NCBI RefSeq assembly: GCF_001194135.2
Contig: NC_068992.1
Span: 56,957,025-57,021,024, forward strand
DNA: 64,000 nucleotides
Source of the DNA: Octopus bimaculoides
Lineage: Eukaryota
Direction: 5' to 3'
Shown: one piece after another, positions 13,227 through 24,900 of the stretch
How the letters are laid out: every line of letters begins with the position of its first letter
How positions within the stretch are numbered: the first letter of the stretch is position 1
Translations under genes and position numbers: made by a program
Notes under the pieces: model-generated
What the model saw: only the letters and a program-made list of their open reading frames with translations
Told to the model about the DNA's origin: nothing
Databases searched by the model: none

Positions 13227-14844
13227 TGCTCTTTCTGTGTCTTCCTCGTTATTTCTCTCACTCAACTATACTCACTTTTCAAACGGTTAACTTTTTCATA
13301 TCGCGTCACGCAAATTCATTGAGACAGCTACGGTGTCTGTGGAATACTCAGCCACATAGTCACCAGTTGACTTCATGACTAGAAATTCTGTCAGTCGGTC
13401 AGTTCAATGTTCATCGTTGGTACCGACGGAGAATCCAAGATACGCAATGCTGTTTGGCCTTTTCCTTTTGTTACGGTATTGTAAATGAAGCTTACATAGG
13501 TCTGCAGTTCAACCTGAGTTTTTATTGAATATTTACACTAAATATAAAGAATATGTAGCCGGGGAGCATGAAGACGATAAACAACAGCGCGCAAAGGGCT
13601 TTACAATATTAATTTAGATCTTTAGAAACAATAAACATAACCTTTGTCAAACCTTCTAGAATATCTACCATGAAAGCTTTTACACATGCTCAGTATCTGA
13701 AAACCCACTATTCAGTAAAGTCAAATTTATTCAGTTTACACAATTTATGGTTTTAAATAAATAAGAATTTAGTAGTTAACTGCGATTCACGTTCATTCTT
13801 ATCTAACATCGTCATTTGAAATTCACGTGAACCTTTATTAATGTTTTCTCTTTATGGGTAAGTGTCAGTTGACTTTCATCTTATAAATCCTAGCTGCTTT
13901 GAATATTTATCCATTTGTTCATTCTATTCTTTCATGGTACCTAAGAATTCATAGTTTTAGATTATACGTTACAATCAAGCAGGGAAAGCCCTTTTTAGAA
14001 AACTTGACAAATAACTTAATTATTAAACAGCTGCGTGTTGCATTCTAAACTCGCTTTATGCTTGCTGGAGAGATTAATTTCCTTCAGTGTATCGATTCTT
14101 TCAGTCTATGATATCTTTGTAATTGTAATTTTCAATAGGAATGCCAAACTGTTATGATGCACTATATCAGTGTTCTTGAGGGAGAAAGTCATTATATAGT
14201 GCTAATTCTCTGGAGTGAGTATTCGGAAAACAACATTCTATGGCTGATTATTATACCATTTAAAATAGCATGGCTGAAAGGAACAATCTCCGGTGTATGA
14301 ATAGCTTTGAGTTCTGGATCCGCCAAACAACAAATTAACAGCGATATCAATAGCAAAATATATTTGTTGCAATGGTCAATAAATTAATGATAGGGTCCTA
14401 ACTCCTAGAGCATCACTCATTATTCTACAGGAAAGATACTAAAGAGAGAATAGGGAGGAAGCATTTGACAAGTTGCTCATCCATCTTGAAATCAGTTTTG
14501 TGTCTTATGCATCAGGAATTGAATGAAGGAATAATTCAAATCAAGGCTGAATATCCTAGTTTACTGAGGTCTACAGGACTATACTGTTAGCTTGTCAGAT
14601 AAAAGAAGACAAAAGAGAAGATGATTTAAAGACCTTTTTCAAGCTAAAAGCACATGAATATATTAAAATATTCCAATCTAAGCATTTCAGTTATATAAAT
14701 ATTTAGAATTATATCTTCACAGCTTGTAAGGATTAAAAATAAAATCACACAGGAAAATGGTTTCAGGCTACACAAAAGAAACTTGATATCTGTTTCTAGA
14801 GGGACGAATTTTCACTGACACATTACTCATGCTGCCTTTCACTT

Positions 14845-14922
<78 letters not shown>

Positions 14923-14949
14923 AGATGATAATCTCTTCTCCAATACCAA

Positions 14950-15121
14950 CAGCGCCTGCAATTTTGTGGTAGGAGGCTAGTCAATCATAGTACTTATTTC
15001 ATCGACCCTGAGAGGATGAAAGGCAAAGTCGACCTCAGCAGAATTCGAGCTCAGAGCGTAGAGACGGATGAAATGACCTCTAAGAATTTTGTCCGGTATA
15101 CTAACGATTCTACCAGATCGC
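14950..15121 (-). mobile_element. tRNA-derived SINE, family A
   Basis: atcgaccctgagaggatgaaaggcaaagtcgacctcagcagaattcgagctcagagcgtagagacgg is the reverse complement of the family core. Confidence 0.8.
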
Positions 15122-16948
15122 ACCTACATAGTACTACATATTTTTTTATATTGCTATATTTCGGGATCCTCAAGATTTCACATCAGGAATCTTTTTTTTT
15201 CTTTATTATCCACAAACGCTTGAATAGAGAAAGAATAGTACAAAGATTCATTAAACAGAATATTGCAGCGACGTGTCAGAGGGACAGAAATATTATGCAA
15301 AAATGAGGTGTGGAGTGGGAGAAGTTATACAATCGTTTCTTCCTCACTTCTTTCAGTCATTGGACTGCGGCCATACTGGAACACCACCTCGTCGGGTTTA
15401 GTCGAAGAAGATCAACCCCAGGACTTATTATTTTTTTTAAAGTCTAGTATTTATTCTATCAGATATCTTTTGTGGAACGGTTAAGTTACGAGGATATGAA
15501 CAATTGAACAACGGTTGTCAAACGCAGGGGTGGAAAACACATACAAAGACACATGCATACCTACGTACACACACACATACACACACACATACAGTAAAGG
15601 ACTCAGATAGAGTTGGGTATTTGAAAAGATATGCACCAGGTAGTTTTGGATAAACCTGTGGTCCCGGCCTGTGGTTGATAAGTATCAAATAGAATATTCC
15701 GGTTGTGTACACAGCAAACCAACCCCATGAATATTGAGCGCCAAGGGGCTGGTCCGAAGCTCACGTTACGTTGAACTGTACTTAAAGTAAAGAAAATAGT
15801 GCAAAAATATAATCGGTTCTTTTTGTTGGACCGTGTTATTTCAAAACCATCCAAAAAGAATACGTGCAAAAAGAGAATTGAATGTATTNNNNNNNNNNNN
15901 NNNNNNNNNNNNNNNNNNNNNNNNNNNNNNNNNNNNNNNNNNNNNNNNNNNNNNNNNNNNNNNNNNNNNNNNNNNNNNNNNNNNNNNNNNNNNNNNNNNN
16001 NNNNNNNNNNNNNNNNNNNNNNNNNNNNNNNNNNNNNNNNNNNNNNNNNNNNNNNNNNNNNNNNNNNNNNNNNNNNNNNNNNNNNNNNNNNNNNNNNNNN
16101 NNNNNNNNNNNNNNNNNNNNNNNNNNNNNNNNNNNNNNNNNNNNNNNNNNNNNNNNNNNNNNNNNNNNNNNNNNNNNNNNNNNNNNNNNNNNNNNNNNNN
16201 NNNNNNNNNNNNNNNNNNNNNNNNNNNNNNNNNNNNNNNNNNNNNNNNNNNNNNNNNNNNNNNNNNNNNNNNNNNNNNNNNNNNNNNNNNNNNNNNNNNN
16301 NNNNNNNNNNNNNNNNNNNNNNNNNNNNNNNNNNNNNNNNNNNNNNNNNNNNNNNNNNNNNNNNNNNNNNNNNNNNNNNNNNNNNNNNNNNNNNNNNNNN
16401 NNNNNNNNNNNNNNNNNNNNNNNNNNNNNNNNNNNNNNNNNNNNNNNNNNNNNNNTATATATATATATATATGTGTGTGTGTACGAAAGTGAGTAACAGA
16501 AAAGAGATAGACCAGACAAATATGCAGTATTTTGTTAATTAAAATAAATGGATGTTGGCTAGTTTGAAAGTATATAATGTCCAGGGATTAAATCGCATAA
16601 ACTGCTCACAAAGAAATATTTATATATTCATAAACAACGTATGTTAATAAAAGTGAAAAGAAAGGATGCATATGCATTTATCGATTCCGTCTACTCTATG
16701 AGGATTTAGTTATGCATCATCATCATCATCATCATTATCTTTATTTTCATACACACACACACATACAAACAAACACATATATATGACGTTATGAATAAGT
16801 AACCACCAGTAAAACTTTGCAGTAGCTGTCAGAATTTGTAGTTTGTTCATTAATGTGCACGTAAGCGCACGTGTTTGTGCGCGTGCTAATACATATACAT
16901 GTAGCTGTATATACATACATATACGCACATGCGCCCGCGTACATGTAC

Positions 16949-16987
<39 letters not shown>

Positions 16988-17359
16988 TGAGAGAGAGAGA
17001 GAGAGATAGAGAGAGATGAGTATATATAAACATATATAACCCTACTTGTATATGTATATATATANNNNNNNNNNNNNNNNNNNNNNNNNNNNNNNNNNNN
17101 NNNNNNNNNNNNNNNNNNNNNNNNNNNNNNNNNNNNNNNNNNNNNNNNNNNNNNNNNNNNNNNNNNNNNNNNNNNNNNNNNNNNNNNNNNNNNNNNNNNN
17201 NNNNNNNNNNNNNNNNNNNNNNNNNNNNNNNNNNNNNNNNNNNNNNNNNNNNNNNNNNNNNNNNNNNNNNNNNNNNNNNNNNNNNNNNNNNNNNNNNNNN
17301 NNNNNNNNNNNNNNNNNNNNNNNNNNNNNNNNNNNNNNNNNNNNNNNNNNNNNNNNNNN

Positions 17360-17398
<39 letters not shown>

Positions 17399-17511
17399 TA
17401 TATATAGTTCTATATTTAAGAGATGAGGAATTTTGTACATTTTTTGCATTATTTACATTATTTACATTATTTACATTCGACGGATATTTGTCCCCATCGT
17501 GTTCGTTGTTG

Positions 17512-17555
17512 ACACAACGTTACAGCTGATATACCCACCAGTCTTCTTCAGGTGT
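17512..17555 (-). ncRNA. Minimal type I hammerhead motif, degenerate (GAAA->GUAA)
   Basis: Minus strand acac-CTGAAGA-agactggtgggtatatcagct-GTAA-cgt-t-gtgt. Stem I acac/gtgt, palindromic ACGT stem III. Confidence 0.6.
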
Positions 17556-17679
17556 CTTGGGGAAATTTCTAACCTGGGTTCTCATTCCTAAGGATTTTAG
17601 CGATGTTATTATTAATATTATTATTATTATTATTACATTGTTTTTTTAAAATTCTCTCTCTATTTATATTCTTTTATTA

Positions 17680-17715
17680 CTTTCTGAAGAAGAGCATAGG
17701 CTCGAAACGTAAAAG
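17680..17715 (+). ncRNA. Minimal type I hammerhead motif with intact catalytic core
   Basis: cttt-CTGAAGA-a-gagc(atag)gctc-GAAA-cgt-A-aaag. Stem I cttt/aaag, GUA cleavage triplet. Confidence 0.65.
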
Positions 17716-18370
17716 ATTTCTCCATTTTTCCCGAACGTCAAACTAATACACTTTCTTATCGTTCTTACACGTCTTCGTCTGTGTTTTTCTATAAATTTGA
17801 ACTATATATATATAGATACACAAACACACGGACACACACAGGTATACAGACACACACACTTTAAACATTAAAACAATTGCAGATGCTATTAAGATTAAAA
17901 ATATAATATAAACATTAGCATATCGTATTCAATATAACATGGAAATATCATGCCATTGCAAACATCTCAAAGGAAACAATCTCACAATCGCTATGTGAAC
18001 AAACATTTTATCGGTTTCTTTTAGAAATATTTCTTTGTGTGCGAAAAAATGTGAAGCCATTTCATGCAATCAAAAACTTCTGTAATGTTGGTCTGTGTGG
18101 AAAATCATAGTGTTTCAATAAAATATTTTTAAAACAATGATAAAATTACACTTCTCTTTGTATAAAACATGTTTACTATTTTCTCTGTATTACGGATTCT
18201 TAAGCATTATTTATAATAAAAATTATTTTGTTGTGAATGTATCAATATGATAAACAAAGAAACATTGTCATCGTTCATGAATTATGAGAACACCCAATAA
18301 TCACATACAGGTAGGATCGCGTGGAATATACAAACGGTATTATTATTCATAGTGGGGGCAAAGGGGAAGC

Positions 18371-18814
18371 GAGCTGACAGAATCGTTATCACGCTGGGCG
18401 AAATGTTTAGCGGTATTTCGCCCGTCGCTACATTCTGAGATCAAATTCCTCTGAGGTCGACTTTGCCTTTCACCCTTTCGGGGTCGATGAAATAAGTACC
18501 AGTGAAACACTAGGGTCGATGCGACCGACAAGTATCCTCCCCAAAATTTGAGGCCTTGTGCCTTCAGCTGAGAGGATTATTAATAGTGGAGGAAAAGGAC
18601 GGAGAGCTGGCAGAATCATTACTGCGCCGGATAAGATGCCTAGGGGCACTTCGTCCGTCTTTACGTTCTCAGTTCAAATTCCGCTGAGGTCCATTTTGCC
18701 TTTCATCCTTTCGACGTCGATAAAATAAGTACCAATTGTGCACCAGGGTCGATCGATGCAATAGTTTTATCCCCTCCCCTGGAAATGCTGGACTTGTGCC
18801 GAAATTTCAAACCA
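18371..18814 (+). mobile_element. Two tandem family A SINEs (about 18371-18580 and 18604-18814)
   Basis: Both begin gagctg(a/g)cagaatc and carry the B-box-like tc(t)gag(a/t)tcaaattcc and ggtcgatg core. Confidence 0.85.
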
Positions 18815-19044
18815 TGGTCGTAAGATTGTGGATTCGATTCCTAGACCCGTTGATGCGTTGTGATCTTGAGCAAAACACTTCATTTCACGATATTCCATTT
18901 CAATCGGTTGGCAAATATGAATATTCTTGCGATGGACCGACGTCCCATCCACGTGGGGAATATATAAGTCACAAAACTGGGAAACCACCTTTAAGAGTAC
19001 CTATGATTTAGTAAGGCGGTTTACCCCTTCTTCTTCTTCTTCTT

Positions 19045-19075
<31 letters not shown>
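18810..19075 (+). mobile_element. tRNA-derived SINE, family D, 5'-truncated, with (TTC)n tail
   Basis: gtaagattgtggattcgattcctagacc...ttgagcaaaacacttcatttcacg. Related copies at about 5030-5128(-), 25735-25870(+), 34140-34420(-), 35995-36235(-). Confidence 0.65.
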
Positions 19076-19338
19076 GTAGTAGTAGTAGTTATAAATACAT
19101 AGACACACATATAAAATACATGTATTCTATGGCTAGCATGTTTAAAACTAAACAATGTCTGCCAAACTAGATACCTGTAAGTCTGAGAGTGAATAAAACA
19201 AATATTTAATCCATAATTTTATTCCGATAAAATATTTACTGTTTCGTACATGGCTCATCGGAAACTAAAAAACAACATTTAGAAAAATCTAATTCATAAC
19301 GTATAGCGAGAAGGAAAGAGAGAAAATAGAAAACTTCT

Positions 19339-19403
19339 ATACACACATAAGAGTATATACACACATAAGAGTATATACACACATAAGAGTATATACACAC
19401 ATA
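19339..19403. repeat. 18-bp tandem repeat (atacacacataagagtat) x3.6
   Basis: Direct inspection; three exact units plus a partial unit. Confidence 0.85.
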
Positions 19404-21286
19404 GACATACAGTACACGTATATATACATCACACGCATATATACATATCTGTACCTAATTTCTTTTTTTTGTTTTTTCGCTTAACAAAAAGGGAAGATTT
19501 CCTTACTCTAAAAGAGTATTCTAACATACGCATACATACATCTTTGCTCATAAGACCAATGAAAGTACAAGAAATCACATGCGCACCTGAATTTGTACTC
19601 AAATAGATGCATGCACATTCAATGAAAGGAACAACCAGATATGTAGAGTTATAGAAGAATGGGATATCGGTGTAATGCTCGGCTGCATCTGAACAATAAG
19701 AGTTAAAAGCCTTCACCCACAACTATAGTCAGAACAGAAAAATATTCTTATAATGTAAAAATTCTAGAATTATATTTATAAATTCATAGATATCCAGGAG
19801 ATAAATATGTGAACATGAATTATCATGTATATAACTTCATTACAAAATCTTTGTTTTATAAATCTAAAATTTATTATATGAAAATTACATGTTTCATGTT
19901 GTGAAAGCTAACTTTAGAGCTAACATCATTCTCGCAGCTGCAAACCTAAGAATTCTTAGCCTTAAACCACAATTTCTTAATAAAATGTATATGTAAAATT
20001 TCTGAATGAGTTTTCGCTCTAGGGATAATCCTGAACTTATAAATATGTTAAAAGAATTATATATACAATTTTATATTCGTTCTACTCTTTATATTTGTAG
20101 CGGCGAAATTAATTTTTATATTTCAATGACAAAGACGCGTGCGCGCGCAGCGTCCCTTGGGCTAAATCAAATTCGTTTTAAGTATAAGCCACCAGGAACC
20201 CACTGACAATGTGAGGGTTCCAGGTGTCTTATATTACAATGAATTCAGTTTAGTTACAGTAAGGTGTAAAAAATCCGATGCACATACAGAGGGTCTCCTG
20301 AAAAATGTATACACGCATTGAATAATTGTAAAGCTAGTGTTTATTGAAATATATTTCATTTTCAAAATAATTTGACAGTGTCTTTAAGCTGAGTTCAAAT
20401 TCCGCCGAGGTCAACTTAGCGTTTCATCCTTTCGGGGTCGATAAATTAAGTACCGGTGAAACGCTGGGGTCGATGCAATTGATTATCCCCCTCCCCCAAA
20501 TTTCAGGCCTTGTGCCTATAGTAGGAGAGATTATGTTCTGAGTTTAAATTCCGCCGACGTCGACGTAGCCTTTTACCCTTTCAAGATCGGTAAAATAAGT
20601 ACCACTTCAACAATGGGGTCCATATAATCCCCGAAATTACTGGCCTTGCGCTAAAATTTGAAGTCAGTATTACTCTAAGCACCTTGAAAGTTCGTTTATC
20701 AAAGACATATTGTAAAAAGCCCATCTTTTAAAATTATTATTAGTAATGAATTTCACTATTTCATATTTACTGGAAATAAATACATTCCGCATGAGGTTAA
20801 TATCTTAAGTAGATTAATAAGATTAATAAGTAGAATGATAAGATAGTAGTACATGGATATAACATTAATAAGATAGCATTTAATTAGCCATCATTTATTA
20901 TAGTAGCAAGCTGCATTCAAACGTATCTTGTCTACTGTTCGTCTGTTCAAAAACTCAATCTGAAATCACGGATAGGTTACCAATTCTGAGAATTATAGAT
21001 TCAATAGTTCTATGGGATTATATATTCCTTCTATAATCGTAAATTTCGCTTGAGAATAGTTGGTTAAGCAGATAGAAAGAGAGATACAAGAAAGCAAGAG
21101 AGATAGAGAGATAGATAGATAGATAGATAGATAGAAAGAGAGAGAGAGAGAGATTGAGTGAGGTAGGGATGCGTTCTCAAAACTATAAAGTTAGACTATT
21201 GCTATATAACGAAACGAAATAGAAATGAGTCGTGTGTTTCGATTGATTTAACAGAATCTAATGAGCAATTTTATTTCTCTGTACAG

Positions 21287-21392
21287 GCTATGCATCAAGA
21301 TTTATGCGATGGAAAACCGTATCTCTGTGATAAAATGTCGCCCATTAACGGTGAACTTTTGAAGCAATATCTATTAAAAGTAGACTTCCAAG
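21287..21392 (+). CDS. mGluR-like exon, VFT domain ([36 protein letters not shown])
   Basis: Acceptor ttatttctctgtacag, donor G|gtaagg. Matches the mGluR MHxDLC..LCxxMxPIxG..LxYLxxVxF-G segment. Too short for the ORF track. Confidence 0.92.
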
Positions 21393-21905
21393 GTAAGGAG
21401 ACTATTTCTTTTCCAAAATCTTAGCCTTGATATACATACATAATACTCATATACATACACACACGCACGAGAAAACGCATACATACACACACACACACAC
21501 ATGCACACAAACACATATACATATATCAGCGCATATACTTGTGTATATATAAATATATATATAAATACATGTCTGTATATATGAGCGTGTATATATATAT
21601 ATATATATATATATATNNNNNNNNNNNNNNNNNNNNNNNNNNNNNNNNNNNNNNNNNNNNNNNNNNNNNNNNNNNNNNNNNNNNNNNNNNNNNNNNNNNN
21701 NNNNNNNNNNNNNNNNNNNNNNNNNNNNNNNNNNNNNNNNNNNNNNNNNNNNNNNNNNNNNNNNNNNNNNNNNNNNNNNNNNNNNNNNNNNNNNNNNNNN
21801 NNNNNNNNNNNNNNNNNNNNNNNNNNNNNNNNNNNNNNNNNNNNNNNNNNNNNNNNNNNNNNNNNNNNNNNNNNNNNNNNNNNNNNNNNNNNNNNNNNNN
21901 NNNNN

Positions 21906-21938
<33 letters not shown>

Positions 21939-24900
21939 ATATATTTATATATAGACATACACATACACATATATCTGTGTGTGTGTGTATAAGTGTGTGT
22001 ATGTATATGTATATATATATATATGCAGTCATATTCTCATTAAAATGTAATCAGTCAAAATACCGTTTCGAGATCATTAGTGAAGATATGCTGTCTTCGA
22101 GAGATTACACGTCCAAAAAGTAAGACCATTTCCAAATGCATGATTAAACGATATCCTTGTATATTTTTCTAGATTTGACTTTGTATTTTGTTGTGTAGAC
22201 TTACACTAAGCTGGTGTACATCCATAAGACTTCTATAATTCTATAATTATTTTTGAATAAAGCTTATAACCAGACCGTATGCTTCTGTATCGCTGGCACT
22301 AATTAGAGTAATGTTGGTATAGTTTTTAGCTATGGTATCATTCCTGGTTCGATCCCACTGCACGGAAGTACATGAAATGAGGAAATAACTAACACCACCC
22401 TATGAGTTAATATTGCGAGGCTGAAAATCCTATGAGAAATATAAAATTTTGTCGGACTTTCCTATTCAAACGGACAAGGACTCAGAAAAATAATACACTA
22501 GACATAACGATTATACATAAGGAAAAATGAATTTGATTACTTATAGACCCATCAGTCCCATTTGGTTCCAGAATCGTAAAGAAAGAGGAAGAATTTGGAG
22601 CATGAGACCAGTAAGGTCATGCCTATAATGGGAACAGTAAGCAAAGATATAAACAAATGGCTGAAGGAGATCGAAATAGAATTCCCAGTAGTGATCCCAC
22701 TGAAAGTTTGTCTCTTAGAGACAACAAGTTTTATAAGGAGGGTTCTTAAATACTTGAAAGACTGCTCAAAATTAGTGGACACCTGAAGTTACTGGTAGTA
22801 ACCCGCTAACCACATAAATCCTACCAGGAATAAAACCTTACCTGAGCCAAACCAAAATAACGTAACAAACGTTTTGGTGCGTGGCTTTTGGCCTACCCTG
22901 TATTTATATATTTGATTTCATCTCATGTGTGGAGGCGCAATGGCCCAGTGATTAGGGCAGCGGACTCGCGGTCATAGGAACGCGGTTTCGATTCCCAGAC
23001 CGGGCGTTGTGATAGTTTATTGAGCGAAAACACCTAAAGCTCCACGAGGCTCCGGCAGGGGATGGTGGCGAACCCTGCTGTACTCTTTCACCACAACTTT
23101 CTCTCACTCTTTCTTCCTGTTTCTGTTGTACCTGTATTTCAAAGGGCCAGCCTTGTCACACTGTGTCACGCTGAATATCCCCGAGTACTACGTTAAGGGT
23201 ACACTTGTCTGTGGAGTGCTCAGCCACTTGCACGTTAATTTCACGAGCAGGCTGTTCCGTTGATCGAATCAACTAAAACCCTCGACGTCGTAAGCGACGG
23301 AGTGCCAACAACAAACATCTCATGTTCTGTATTACATTGAACTGTGCTGGCTCTTTGTTGCAAGTGTATGTCCATCGTAAGAGAGCGTGTTGATGTAAGA
23401 GTTTGTGTTACGGAGATTATATCTTCCATATTTAAATTAGAACTTTATAATTTTCATTTCCGGCGTTGACAGCTTTACAACAGCTTTTCTATGATTCTTT
23501 GTGATTTATGGCAATGCATGAGAACAACATATTATTATCGTCCTTTCATTCTAATGGCGAGACCAAAATTCTCTTGAAACGGGAATAAACCAATGTATTG
23601 GGGAAATATATTTTTCCACACAAAATATAACATGCGAATAAGGAAATGAGAAAAATAACTTAATAGCATTATTATGCCTTTAATATATTCTCCTTATTTT
23701 TGGCACAAGGCCAGCAGTTTTAAGGGAAATGAGCAAGTCAGTTATATGTGTTCCCTACTACTTATTTTACCAACCCTGAAAACAGGAATTAGAACTTAGA
23801 ATGTAAAGAGCCGGGAGAAACGCCGCAACGTCCAACGTACTAACGACTCAGTAAGCTGTCGACCCTTGTGTCCAAACGTATTACAACGGAGGCGATGCTG
23901 TTATGCAAACTAATATCTTGGATCGAATCCAGAGAAGATATTCGGCTGATTGGTATTCCATCACTAATAGACATATTCCATCCTCTGGTTCACAAGCGAG
24001 CTTTTTTCTCTCACTGTCATTTCTTTTGCTATGACACCTGCATTTCGATGCTGGCTGACCTCGTACCTCCGCCTCTCAAGTAACACTGACTCACTCATTT
24101 CTCTACGTCTCGTCGCACTTGCGTACTGTGTTTCACGGCTATTTCCTCACTCTCAGGTCATTGGCCCAGTGGAATCAACTTGCATCTGATATCTTTCCAG
24201 CAAGTAAGAGCTGCAATAATTTAAACGGTATCCGTAATAAGGGCATCAGTCTCTCCACTCACGAAGTAAGTTACCCGAGGGTCATATGCTCAGCCCTTTC
24301 TTCCACATTCAGTACGGTATGGAGTAAGAAGCAAAGAAAATCCCAAACATTCATAATTTTTTTCATTTATTCTTTCAAGCCAGGAAGGTGGTAAGCTGGC
24401 TGAGTTGTTAGAATGTCAGAAAAAGAGCTGCAGTATTTCTACAACTTATGTTCTACGTTCAAATTCCGGGCTGGTCGATTTTGCCTGCTATGCATTCGTA
24501 ATCGAAGAAGTACTTACCAGTTTAGCACTGATGTCAATGTACTCGACATATTCATTTTTCCCTAAAATTTCTGGTTTCTTGCCAGAATTTGAAACCTGGC
24601 TCATTATGTTTTGAGTTCAAATGTTACCGAGGTCTACTATGACATTTTATCCGTTCGGAGTCGATAAAATAAGTATCGGTTCAGCATTAAGGTTCCCCTA
24701 AAAATTACTGGCCACGTGACGAAATTTGAAACCAAAATTTCAAGCAACTTGGCTACTATCGTATTCGACTTTGGCTGCTATAGTAATCATTTTAACATTC
24801 CCTGAATGTTTGTGGCTATATATTATAATACCAATTTAATCAGAGACCATTTCAATGCATATTCGTCCATATTGAAAAACAATTCTGCAATTCTTCAGAT

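Noticed and set aside
14431-14590. Acceptor-like site followed by KDTKERIGRKH... as the missing upstream exon
   Set aside because: No FV.DAV.A motif and the frame ends in a stop without a donor.
22931-23005. tRNA gene
   Set aside because: A and B boxes are present but continue into a SINE body with tail and TSD, and no complete cloverleaf is evident. The same applies to the other SINE heads.
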